Both the position numbers and the translations under genes were made by a program. The notes under the pieces are model-generated. The model was not told the DNA's origin, searched no databases, and was given only the letters and a program-made list of their open reading frames with translations. A stretch of 32,000 nt of DNA from Okeania sp. (GTDB lineage Bacteria; Cyanobacteriota; Cyanobacteriia; Cyanobacteriales; Microcoleaceae): NCBI RefSeq assembly GCF_035285525.1, contig NZ_JAYKGW010000059.1:1-32000 (forward strand), in the 5' to 3' direction. This document shows, one piece after another, positions 17,673-26,106 of this stretch; within the stretch, counting starts at the first letter, position 1; each line of letters starts with the position of its first letter.

Positions 17673-17852
17673 TCAACCCAACATAACATTCCCTATTACC
17701 AACAAAATTATAAATTTAGTTCCTTTTCCTTCTGTAGAATTAACTATAATTTATCCACCATGTTTTTCCACAATAATTTGACGGGCGATCGCCAACTCCA
17801 AACCCCTTCCTTTCCCCACTTTATGAAAAGTAATGCTATACTTGGAAGGTGG
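17673..17852 (-). pseudogene. Relic of the C-terminal end of a histidine-kinase HATPase_c domain with an in-frame stop
   Basis: Minus-strand translation ...ITFHKVGKGRGLELAIARQIIVEKHGG*IIVNSTEGKGTKFIILLV matches the G2 box and C-terminal pattern GxGLGLAI..IV..HGGxIxVxSxxGxGTxFxIxLP. Nothing kinase-like lies upstream of it. Confidence 0.5.
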
Positions 17853-18208
17853 TAAAAATAACTAGAAAAACCACAAAAGCTAGTTAACAATACAATTACG
17901 TCAATAAATAGTATTTATAAATAAAAAACCCAAGTATAGTAAAGTTTTTGAGAATAGGTATTAGACAAAATTTCTTTGGCACTTTTTATGACCTGAAAGG
18001 GAGTAGCAAAATATAAATTATCCCAATTTTCTACTCTATCGTTAACCTAATTTTCGTAACTAATGGGATATTTTTTTACATGGAAATCTCTTGATGTTGG
18101 GTTTCGTTCCATGCTACGCAACCCTAACGGGAACAACCCAACCTACGTCTACTATAATTTCTCCACCATGATTTTCGACATTTAGTTAGAGAAATTAATA
18201 ACTGATAA

Positions 18209-18577
18209 CTAAAATGATGAAACTAACTCTTTAGATAAAATATTTTTTAGTTCAGACATGAGGTATTCATTACTTTTATGAGCTTCCCAAATACCAGAAT
18301 CAAACCTATTTATTCGCCATTCTCCTTGCATAAAATTTTCATCTTCAGAAATAGTACCAACATAATTAATAGTGTATTTTGAACCTGTCAAATATTGTTT
18401 AAAAAAACTAATCTTACGTCCAATAACTTCACCACTTAATATTGCTTCTCCCAAATAACTATCATCTAAAATATTACCACTCAAACTATTACCAGCTTGA
18501 ACTAAAGTAGCTTCAAATCTTGTCGGATATTCCTCTTGCCAATAAGTACCTAACCAAGTTCCATTTACATTTGCCAT
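18209..18577 (-). CDS. Hypothetical protein (122 aa)
   Basis: Clean ORF with non-repetitive sequence (GTWLGTYWQ...GEWRI..SGIWEAHK). No family assigned. Confidence 0.5.
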   Translation of the reverse strand: MANVNGTWLGTYWQEEYPTRFEATLVQAGNSLSGNILDDSYLGEAILSGEVIGRKISFFKQYLTGSKYTINYVGTISEDENFMQGEWRINRFDSGIWEAHKSNEYLMSELKNILSKELVSSF

Positions 18578-18614
18578 AGTAGCTAAATTTGTATTTCATA
18601 CAACATTATTTTCA

Positions 18615-18711
18615 ATATAGTAATCCTAAATATATTGTAAGATTTTATCATAGGGATTTGGAGACCAAACCCCTAGAATTTTTTTTCACAAATGATTTTA
18701 TATTACTATAT
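18615..18711. mobile_element. MITE-like unit with ATATAGTAAT termini and a central GGGATTTGGAGACCAAACCCC hairpin
   Basis: ATATAGTAATCCTAAATATATTGT ... ACAAATGATTTTATATTACTATAT. Related unit at about 8090-8215. Confidence 0.55.
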
Positions 18712-18733
18712 AACAATTATATTTGATTCCTTG

Positions 18734-18753
18734 ACAAAATTTCATTGCTTTTA
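18734..18753. repeat. Left arm of a perfect 20-bp long-range inverted repeat (ACAAAATTTCATTGCTTTTA)
   Basis: Exact reverse complement of 20870-20889. Similarity continues inward imperfectly (..AAC(G)AGTGAA). Confidence 0.85.
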
Positions 18754-19102
18754 AGAAACGAGTGAAAGTTTCAGTTTTTGTAAGCATTAAAATATTAGCT
18801 GTCAACTTTTAGCTATAAAATTTTAACCTTAAAGAGGAGGTTTTAATGAATATAGACTTGAAAACTAAATTTTTTACTCAAATTTAATTTTGAAGAATAA
18901 AGCTTTTATCAAAAACTAAAAGTAGTAGCTGATGACTGATAGCTGACGGCTGTTTGTGCAACATTCCGCAGGAAATGTTTACCAGTTTTTTTATTTACTT
19001 TTTGCTTTGTCACAACCTATGCACGGATTGCTATAGATTATATCAATAATACTACTTACTTATCTAAGTTTAATTTGTATAATTATCCTCAGTCAATCAA
19101 GT

Positions 19103-19228
19103 ATTTTCTCGGGTGCATCTCAATGGATGAAGAAAGCCCAAAATTTATTGCCTTTAGGGAACACTTAACTGGGAACAGAGAATAAGAAAAAAGTATTTTG
19201 GTGCTCTATGAGATACACCCATTTTCTC
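19103..19228. mobile_element. 110-bp MITE with 12-bp terminal inverted repeats and a perfect 8-bp target-site duplication
   Basis: ATTTTCTC|GGGTGCATCTCA ... TGAGATACACCC|ATTTTCTC. TIRs at 19111-19122 and 19209-19220 (11/12 complementary). Direct repeats at 19103-19110 and 19221-19228. Confidence 0.65.
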
Positions 19229-19838
19229 TAATTTCTCAACATCTTAAATATATATAAAATATAAACTCTTAATTTTGATTCCTGATTAAATTATTACTTA
19301 GGAGGCTAACTAATCACTTAAATGACCTGAGTCAAATACCAATATTTGTACCCAAAATCTCTATGACTTTTAATATATTGGACGTACTATCAAATTTTTA
19401 AAACTTAATACCCAAACTTAGAGAAAATGTAACTACTCAAACTAAGTTCAACCTTATGACATTCTGGCCAAAAAAAAATCAACATAGAAGTAAGTAGGCT
19501 AGTAATCAGAATAGATGGCACTAAATTTTAAGATTCATATATTAACTAAAGCCATAATCAATTTTTTGACTATATTATTTAGTAAGTTATTATAAAACAT
19601 AAGAGGTAATTTCAGTTATCAGTTATTAGTACCTGGCAGTTGTTGCTAGAAGCTCTAAATACTGAAGTTTATTTTTTTCTCCCCTTAAAAGGGGAAGCAC
19701 ATACCCCAAATTTTCAGTAAACTACTATTGTATAACTTGCTTATAGTATAAAAAAAAGTCTAAAAATAATAGACAGCTAATTTTAACTATCAAAAATCAG
19801 TAACTAAAAAAAATTTAAAATCAAATTTTTGAATAAAA

Positions 19839-20786
19839 ATGAGCAGAAATAAACAACTATTAAATCAACTAAATCAATATAAACAATTTGAATCTCAACA
19901 AAATGATTTTTTTAAAATATTTAGTCAGTCTCCAATAGGTACATCAACTTGGAATTGGATTTTAATTAGTCCTCGTTCTGAAAAAAGTCAAGTTTTTTTG
20001 CCTCTCTCTACAGGAACAAATTTAACGAAAGATTATGAACCATTGTTTTTATTAAAACTTCCTCCTGGAAAAAGTTGTGATTTAGAAACTTCTGTGAAAG
20101 TGACTGCTAAAGCTGGAGTTTTTATCACAAAAGTAGGAGCTATTTCTGTGGCACCAGTATATGTGCTATTCCATTTATCAGGAAATAATTATCTTTATCA
20201 AGTTTGGATTAACCATTATGGGGGAGATATGTCACCTTCTCCATTGGATAAACTGCAAAAAATGCCATATTTAACTTTACTTTTAATCGAAGAGAAACCT
20301 CAGCCAGAAAGATTGATAAAAATTGATAATCAAATAAATTGGTCATCTTTAAAAGCTAAAGTTGAATCAGTAAATCAATGGAATTTAGCAGCTTTTAATG
20401 CCGTAAAATCTCTAGGATTTTCTGCTCAAGAATTGTGGAATAGAACAACAGAAAAAGAAGTAAAAAAAACAACAATAACTAAGTTGAATGATCGCTTTAG
20501 GAATGGAGATAAAAGTTTAGGAGAATATAGAATGAGTAGGCAAGTATTAGCATTGCCGAGAAAAAAACAAAAAGAACTATTTAAAGAAATTCAAGATTTT
20601 TCTAATTTTACACCTGAAAATGACCCTAAAGGTTTACATGAAATGGGTAAAGTGACAATAGATGGGGTGGAATATATATGGAAAATTGACTATCTAGATA
20701 CAAGCATGATTATGTTGTCGGATGCACCGGAAGATATCAATAAAACTACTAGGGTGTTATTAGTAATACGAGCTGATGAACGGTAA
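19839..20786 (+). CDS. Hypothetical protein (315 aa) with a C-terminal DUF3768-like domain
   Basis: C-terminus FTPENDPKGLHEMGKVTIDGVEYIWKIDYLDTSMIMLSDAPEDINKTTRVLLVIRADE matches the remembered DUF3768 pattern (F..DNDP.GEHDFG.....G....WKIDYYD......S.DP.D...T.RVLT). The N-terminal ~230 aa are unassigned. Confidence 0.6.
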   Translation: MSRNKQLLNQLNQYKQFESQQNDFFKIFSQSPIGTSTWNWILISPRSEKSQVFLPLSTGTNLTKDYEPLFLLKLPPGKSCDLETSVKVTAKAGVFITKVGAISVAPVYVLFHLSGNNYLYQVWINHYGGDMSPSPLDKLQKMPYLTLLLIEEKPQPERLIKIDNQINWSSLKAKVESVNQWNLAAFNAVKSLGFSAQELWNRTTEKEVKKTTITKLNDRFRNGDKSLGEYRMSRQVLALPRKKQKELFKEIQDFSNFTPENDPKGLHEMGKVTIDGVEYIWKIDYLDTSMIMLSDAPEDINKTTRVLLVIRADER

Positions 20787-20869
20787 ATTGAGTTATCAGT
20801 TAGCCTCCTATAAAAAATTTAGTTTTTAGTTCAGAAAAAAGCAGAGAGTCCTACCTATTCACTGTTCCC

Positions 20870-20889
20870 TAAAAGCAATGAAATTTTGT
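20870..20889. repeat. Right arm of the perfect 20-bp long-range inverted repeat (TAAAAGCAATGAAATTTTGT)
   Basis: Exact reverse complement of 18734-18753. Confidence 0.85.
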
Positions 20890-21070
20890 ACACAACTAAA
20901 ATAGGATTGATATATTATTTTCAAATACTATTTAGTTAGTTCAGATTTTTTTTGACAGAACTGTGATTTATATAAACTTCCTGTTTGAGGTTAACTATAT
21001 GATAAATTTTTTCTGACCTTAATTGTATATTCTTAAACAAATTAATGATGATTAATGAGGAGTAAAAAAA

Positions 21071-22171
21071 GTGATTTTAGGCAAAGCAACAACAACAAAA
21101 ACTAAGTATTATGCTCAGCTTCATCAAACAAAATATCCGGCTAAACACTTTCGAGAATTTAATAATTTGACTGCCAGTTCTATAGGTATTGGTACATATC
21201 TAGGTTCCTCAGATGCAGCAACAAATAATTTAGTGACAGAAGCAATTATTAAATCAGTAAAAAACGGCATAAATTTAATAGATACTGCCATAAATTATCG
21301 GTATCAGCACGGCGAACTTAGTGTCAAAAAAGCCCTGCTTAAATTAATAGAATCAAAAACCGTATCGCGAGAGGAATTAATCATTTGTTCTAAAGGTGGT
21401 TTTATTCCTAATAGAGAAAAAGAAAAATGGTTTAAACAACAATATATAGATAACCAAAAATTTAATATTCAACCAACAGATATGGTAGCAGGTGTTCACT
21501 GTATGCACCCAGAATATATTCAAGACCAACTTGAACGCAGCTTAATAAATTTGGGTCTAGAAACTATTGATATCTATTATTTACATAACCCAGAAACTCA
21601 ATTAGGAATTATTCCTGCTGATGAATTTTATCGCCGTTTGCAAGGTGTTTTTTCAGTCCTAGAAAAAGCTGCTGATGCTGGCAAAATAACTGCTTATGGA
21701 ATCGCTACTTGGCAAGGTTTTCGAGTGCCACCAACTGATATCAAACATATTGACTTAGCTAAAACTAAATCTATTGCGCAACAAATAGCAGGAGAAAAAA
21801 GCGATCGCTTCCAATTTATCCAACTACCAATTAACTTAGCAATGACAGAAGCAATAATTACTCCTACTCAATTTGTAGATGGCAAAATTTTACCCGCTAT
21901 TACCGCAGCCAACCAACTTGGGATTAAAGCGATCGCTAGTGCTTCTATTGCTCAAGCTAAAAACCTGAAGCAACTCCCTCAAAAAATTATGACTGCTCTT
22001 GGGGAAAACCAAGAAACAGGGGCGTTATCTGCCTTACAATTTACTCGCAGCGTTCCTGGTTTATGTTCCGCTTTAGTAGGGATGAAATCTCCTAACCATG
22101 TTGCAGAAAATTTGACATTAACTAAGATTCCTCCACTAGATGCTGCTTACTTTGCTCAATTAATGGGTTAA
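21071..22171 (+). CDS. Aldo/keto reductase family oxidoreductase
   Basis: SSIGIGTYLG...INLIDTAINY...ICSKGG...IDIYYLHNP are typical AKR blocks. GTG start preceded by GAGGAG. Confidence 0.8.
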   Translation: MILGKATTTKTKYYAQLHQTKYPAKHFREFNNLTASSIGIGTYLGSSDAATNNLVTEAIIKSVKNGINLIDTAINYRYQHGELSVKKALLKLIESKTVSREELIICSKGGFIPNREKEKWFKQQYIDNQKFNIQPTDMVAGVHCMHPEYIQDQLERSLINLGLETIDIYYLHNPETQLGIIPADEFYRRLQGVFSVLEKAADAGKITAYGIATWQGFRVPPTDIKHIDLAKTKSIAQQIAGEKSDRFQFIQLPINLAMTEAIITPTQFVDGKILPAITAANQLGIKAIASASIAQAKNLKQLPQKIMTALGENQETGALSALQFTRSVPGLCSALVGMKSPNHVAENLTLTKIPPLDAAYFAQLMG

Positions 22172-22372
22172 TTTTAATAAATTTCATAGAGAGAGCGATC
22201 GCTCTATAAGGAAGTCAGAAGTCAGAAATCAGAAGTTGTTTCTGTAACGGAGATGAGAGCAACGCTCCAAAAAAGTTTTGCTGATTAACGCGGAGTTTTA
22301 GACCTACAGGATTTACACAGCGACCCTAGATATAGTGCTTAAAACCCCATGCGCAATAGTTTTTTAAATCTA

Positions 22373-22520
22373 CAGGACTTACCCATGAACGCTATTATTA
22401 GGGTGCGTTTCGTTACGCGACATGTAAAGCGCACAATGCACAACGCACCAATACTCCATATATAGTCTCTTTGCGTAAGTCCTGATATATATATGATATA
22501 GTACCTTTGCGTAAGTCCTG
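22373..22520. mobile_element. MITE-like element with CAGGACTTAC..GTAAGTCCTG termini plus an extra solo right end
   Basis: CAGGACTTACCCATGAACGCTATTATTAGGGTGCGTT...CTCTTTGCGTAAGTCCTG at 22373-22484. A second ..ACCTTTGCGTAAGTCCTG ends at 22520. Confidence 0.7.
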
Positions 22521-22619
22521 ACCTAATTATTTTGATAATATTTCTTTTTATGATAAAGTTATCGTAAAATTGATATTTTGTCTTAATTGAAATCTCAATT
22601 CAAAAACAGAGGAAATACT

Positions 22620-23267
22620 ATGAACTTAACCAAAAGTTTAGAACAACTTAAAACTGAAATAGAAGCAAAACTACCAGAAGAAGCTAAGGAAAAAATGAAT
22701 AAAGCTGTAGTTGATTTAGCTGATTCTGGTATTGTTGACAATAGCTTAAAAGTAGGAGCAAAAGTTCCGAATTTTAGCTTGCCAAATGTAACAGGTAAAA
22801 CAGTAGAATTAAACTCTTTATTAGCAAAAAATCCAGTAATAATTTCCTTCTATCGTGGTGGATGGTGTCCTTATTGTAATATGGAATTAAGAGGTTTACA
22901 AAAGTATCTGCCACAAATTACAGAATTAGGAGCAAAATTAATTGCAATTTCTCCAGAAACTCCAGATAATTCTCTTTCTACTACAGAGAAAAATGAATTA
23001 ACTTTTGAAGTATTAAGTGATGCGGGAAATCAAGTCGCTAAAGAATTTGGTTTAGTCTTTCAACTTCCCGAAGAAGTAAACAAAATTTATCAAAGTTTTG
23101 GTATTGACTTAGCTGCTTATAATGGTGATGAAAGTTTTGAATTACCAATTTCTGGTACTTATGTAGTTGCAACTGATGGTACAGTTATTCATGCTTTTGT
23201 TGATCCAGATTATAAAAATCGTCTTGACCCTGAAGAGATTATTAATGTTTTGAAAAATATTAAATAG
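22620..23267 (+). CDS. Peroxiredoxin-like / AhpC-TSA (thioredoxin-fold) family protein
   Basis: PVIISFYRGGWCPYCNMELRGL with a downstream AISPE block. ATG at 22620 is preceded by AGAGGAAA and is preferred over the TTG at 22587. Confidence 0.8.
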   Translation: MNLTKSLEQLKTEIEAKLPEEAKEKMNKAVVDLADSGIVDNSLKVGAKVPNFSLPNVTGKTVELNSLLAKNPVIISFYRGGWCPYCNMELRGLQKYLPQITELGAKLIAISPETPDNSLSTTEKNELTFEVLSDAGNQVAKEFGLVFQLPEEVNKIYQSFGIDLAAYNGDESFELPISGTYVVATDGTVIHAFVDPDYKNRLDPEEIINVLKNIK

Positions 23268-23422
23268 TATCATTTTTATTGATAGGTAATGGATAATTAT
23301 TTGATTGCTAAATCTTGTAATAAATTGAATAAATTTTGCATTTAAAAAGGTAAGCTTTTTACTCAAAGTTGAAAATTTTTATAATTATCCATTGGTAAAT
23401 TATCTTTAGATATTTTGATACT

Positions 23423-23446
23423 AAGGAGCAATTTTTTTTGCTCCTT
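23423..23446 (+). terminator. Stem-loop AAGGAGCAA-T6-TTGCTCCTT followed by GTTATTTT (candidate intrinsic terminator)
   Basis: 9-bp perfect stem read directly, about 155 nt downstream of the redoxin stop codon. Confidence 0.4.
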
Positions 23447-23670
23447 GTTATTTTAAGTAGTAGAAAATATATTTTCTAGGTTGTGTTAGAATATGAATCA
23501 GGACTTACGCAAATACTCTCTGCTGAATGCTTACCATGAGTTTATAGATCGATACCTTACGAATTTTGGTATTATCTGAACTGTATTGTATTATTCTTAG
23601 GTTTCCTTTCTCAACCCAACCTACGCTTATTACTAATTTACTTTATTTATTGCTATTAAGAAGAATAATT

Positions 23671-24318
23671 ATGCTCAAAACTGTTCCTAAAAAATCTGAA
23701 ATTTTAACTGATACTTGGCAACAAATTAGCTGGCAATATTTTCTGCAATTAACTAATCAATCTGTATATAAAAATGGTAAATTTTATTATGACCGTGGTT
23801 ATATGAAAATTGAAATGAGTCCCTTAGGTATGAGTCATGGCAGAGATAATGCTATTGTTGCTAGACTAATTAGTTTATTTGCCACTTTAAAAAATATTCC
23901 AGTTGTAGAATTTACTAATGTTAGTTATCGAAAAGCAGAAATTAGAGAATGTCAACCTGATTCATCTTTTTATCTGGGAAAAGTAGCAAATCTTCCGACT
24001 AGAAGTAATCAAGCTATTGATTTAAACCAATATGCACCACCGACATTAGTAATAGAAATTGCTACTACCAGTTTGGGTGATGATTTAGGTTCTAAAAGAT
24101 TACTCTATGAAAAACTGGGAGTGCATGAATATTGGGTTATTAATACTAATAATTATGATGTAATTGCATTTGAAATAATTGATGGTGGTAGTCGAGAAAT
24201 ACAAATTTCAAATGTTTTACCTGGATTGGAAATTTCATTAGTAAAAACTGCTTTAGAGCGGAGTGAAAATGCTGATGATGGTGAAGTTAATCGTTGGTTA
24301 ATTAAACTTTTTAGTTAG
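23671..24318 (+). CDS. Uma2-family (DUF820) putative endonuclease, intact
   Basis: ...YYDRGYMKIEMSPLGMSHGRDN...QPDSSFYLG...PPTLVIEIATTSLGDDLGSKRLLYEKLGVHEYWVIN is a typical Uma2 layout. ATG at 23671 (MLKTVPKK) is preferred because the upstream part of the tracked ORF crosses a repeat. Confidence 0.8.
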   Translation: MLKTVPKKSEILTDTWQQISWQYFLQLTNQSVYKNGKFYYDRGYMKIEMSPLGMSHGRDNAIVARLISLFATLKNIPVVEFTNVSYRKAEIRECQPDSSFYLGKVANLPTRSNQAIDLNQYAPPTLVIEIATTSLGDDLGSKRLLYEKLGVHEYWVINTNNYDVIAFEIIDGGSREIQISNVLPGLEISLVKTALERSENADDGEVNRWLIKLFS

Positions 24319-24352
24319 GAAGGAAGAGGGAGGAAGGAAGAAGGAAGAAGGG
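24317..24352. repeat. 36-nt all-purine GAAGGAAG-type tract starting within the Uma2 stop codon
   Basis: AGGAAGGAAGAGGGAGGAAGGAAGAAGGAAGAAGGG read directly. Same motif class as 27334-27458 and the insert at 31600-31685. Confidence 0.8.
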
Positions 24353-24826
24353 CTAGAGATATAGCAAATTTCACCGAAGGATTAATAATTAAATGATTCA
24401 TGGCTTGAAGCCTCCCCTTTAAAGGGGAAAAAGCGGTCGTCAGCGGAGCTTCCCTTAGGGTGAGATGGATGGGTTTCCTAACCATATCTAATCTCCCCTT
24501 GAGAAATCAATTTTTTCCTTTTATTCAATTCTCTTCTTTTTAGGGAGAGGTAATTATCAATCATCCATTATTGAAAGCACATTCCAAGTATATTAATACA
24601 GATTTAATAATTAAATCTTCATAAGTAGCGATTTTTCGGGAACCGTGCATCTTGCTTCCGTGAGTGTACCTCACCAAAATTGAATCTGCTGTAAGAAGTA
24701 TATGAAGTAGAAATATTAATAATTAAATATTCCTAGCATGAGTATCTTGCCCGCGTGGGTTTACCTCACCCCTTATATAATCCGCTGTAAATTTGAAAAA
24801 GGTATTTTTTTGTAAGTTAAAATCAG

Positions 24827-25429
24827 ATGTCTTATAGTCAATTTACTTTAGAAACAGTTGAACAAACTTTTGGGATAAATATTGTTGAAAAGCCAAAACT
24901 TTTCAACAAAATTCCAGAAATAGAAATTAGTGATTTCTTAAAACAATGCCTGGAATACAATACTCCTTTAGCTTTAGAAATTGCTACAGAAAAAGCTAGA
25001 TCGGAAATGATTATTACACCAATTTTGATTGAACTAAAACAACAATTCAAATCAAATATTAGTCTTTTTTCCGGTAGAGAATTTAATGTAGATAGCCAAT
25101 TAGGATTGATTGGTTATTGCGATTTTATTATTAGTAAATCTCCATCTCAATTAATTATTAAATCTCCAGTTGCTATAATTGTAGAAGCGAAAAATGATAA
25201 TATTCAATCAGGTTTAAGTCAGTGTATTGCTGAGATGGTAGCAGCACAAATAGTTAATCAACGGCAAAACAATAATCAAACAATTTATGGCTCTGTCACT
25301 ACTGGTACTAACTGGAAATTTATGAAATTATTTGATAAAGTAGTAGAAGTCGATCCTAATGAATATTTCTTGAATAATATCCCTAAATTAATGGGAATAT
25401 TACGAAGTTTTATTGAGTCAGAAAATTAG
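24827..25429 (+). CDS. Hypothetical protein with a PD-(D/E)xK-like nuclease motif (HsdR-N-like fold candidate)
   Basis: GYCDFIISK...VAIIVEAKNDN gives a D...E-x-K arrangement. 200-aa clean ORF. Confidence 0.5.
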   Translation: MSYSQFTLETVEQTFGINIVEKPKLFNKIPEIEISDFLKQCLEYNTPLALEIATEKARSEMIITPILIELKQQFKSNISLFSGREFNVDSQLGLIGYCDFIISKSPSQLIIKSPVAIIVEAKNDNIQSGLSQCIAEMVAAQIVNQRQNNNQTIYGSVTTGTNWKFMKLFDKVVEVDPNEYFLNNIPKLMGILRSFIESEN

Positions 25430-25640
25430 ATTTTTTGGTAGTATTTTGTTAAGGAAAACAAGACTCAGAATATCCTACTTTCTTGCCAAGTATTTTTCAT
25501 TTCTATTTACAGAAAATTCCAAGTACATGAACTACAGATATTAATAATTAAATCTGATCAGTGCGAGCCAGAAAGCTCGCGTAGGTGTACCTCACAAAAG
25601 TGGAATCCGCTATAATATTATACCAATCCTAAATAGATCA

Positions 25641-26068
25641 AGACTTACGCAACTGCAACATATTTTCGTCCGATACGACGGTCGGGAAGCAATCTCAACC
25701 CATGTTTTTCCTACCTCATGGCTTTAGTCCTATAGATTCTAAAATTTTGTGGTTACAATTTTTTCTCACTAATTATTTCTTATGGCTATACTTGTATCGC
25801 TACTCAAAATGTTATATTAGTAGCTTGTCTAAACTAACAGGGCTTACCCAAAGGTACTATATATAGGGTGTTGGTGCGTTGTGCGTTGTGCGCTTTTTCG
25901 TATAGGGAATGCGAGTGCATTCATGTCGCGTAGCGAAACACACCTACTGAACTGTTTCATCTCAAATGGTGCATTAGGGAGTAGGGGAAAAACATTTTTG
26001 TAACCTACAGCTATTACACCATTTAAGGTGAAACAATGCGCTACTAATAGTGTTCATCGGTAAGTCCT
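25641..26068. repeat. Cluster of AGACTTACGCA / GGTAAGTCCT-ended dispersed elements
   Basis: 25641-25715 resembles 5516-5580 (..ATTTTCGTC..GGGAAGCAATCTCAA). 25842-26068 is an inverted copy of the AGGACTTACC.ATGAAC..TATTAGTAG element. Confidence 0.7.
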
Positions 26069-26106
26069 AATTAAAAAGAAAGTCAAATTTACTGCTAAAT
26101 AAAATT

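Noticed and set aside
17649-17855. 68-aa plus-strand ORF
   Set aside because: The opposite strand carries the recognisable histidine-kinase relic. The plus-strand product is low-complexity (N/Y/F-rich).
18846-18887. 13-codon mini-ORF (MNIDLKTKFFTQI) with a strong AGAGGAGG RBS
   Set aside because: It is too short to support. It could be a leader peptide, but there is no downstream gene in the same orientation nearby and no attenuator structure that I can see.
19103-19228. Retron-like or other structured ncRNA (inverted repeats flanking a ~90-nt core)
   Set aside because: No reverse transcriptase gene is nearby. The perfect 8-bp direct repeats immediately outside the inverted repeats fit a transposition footprint better than an RNA gene.
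23142-23366. 74-aa minus-strand ORF
   Set aside because: It overlaps the 3' end of the redoxin gene antisense and runs into AT-rich spacer. The product is Ile/Asn/Phe-rich.
24838-25050. 70-aa minus-strand ORF
   Set aside because: It is an antisense shadow inside the 200-aa PD-(D/E)xK-like gene.
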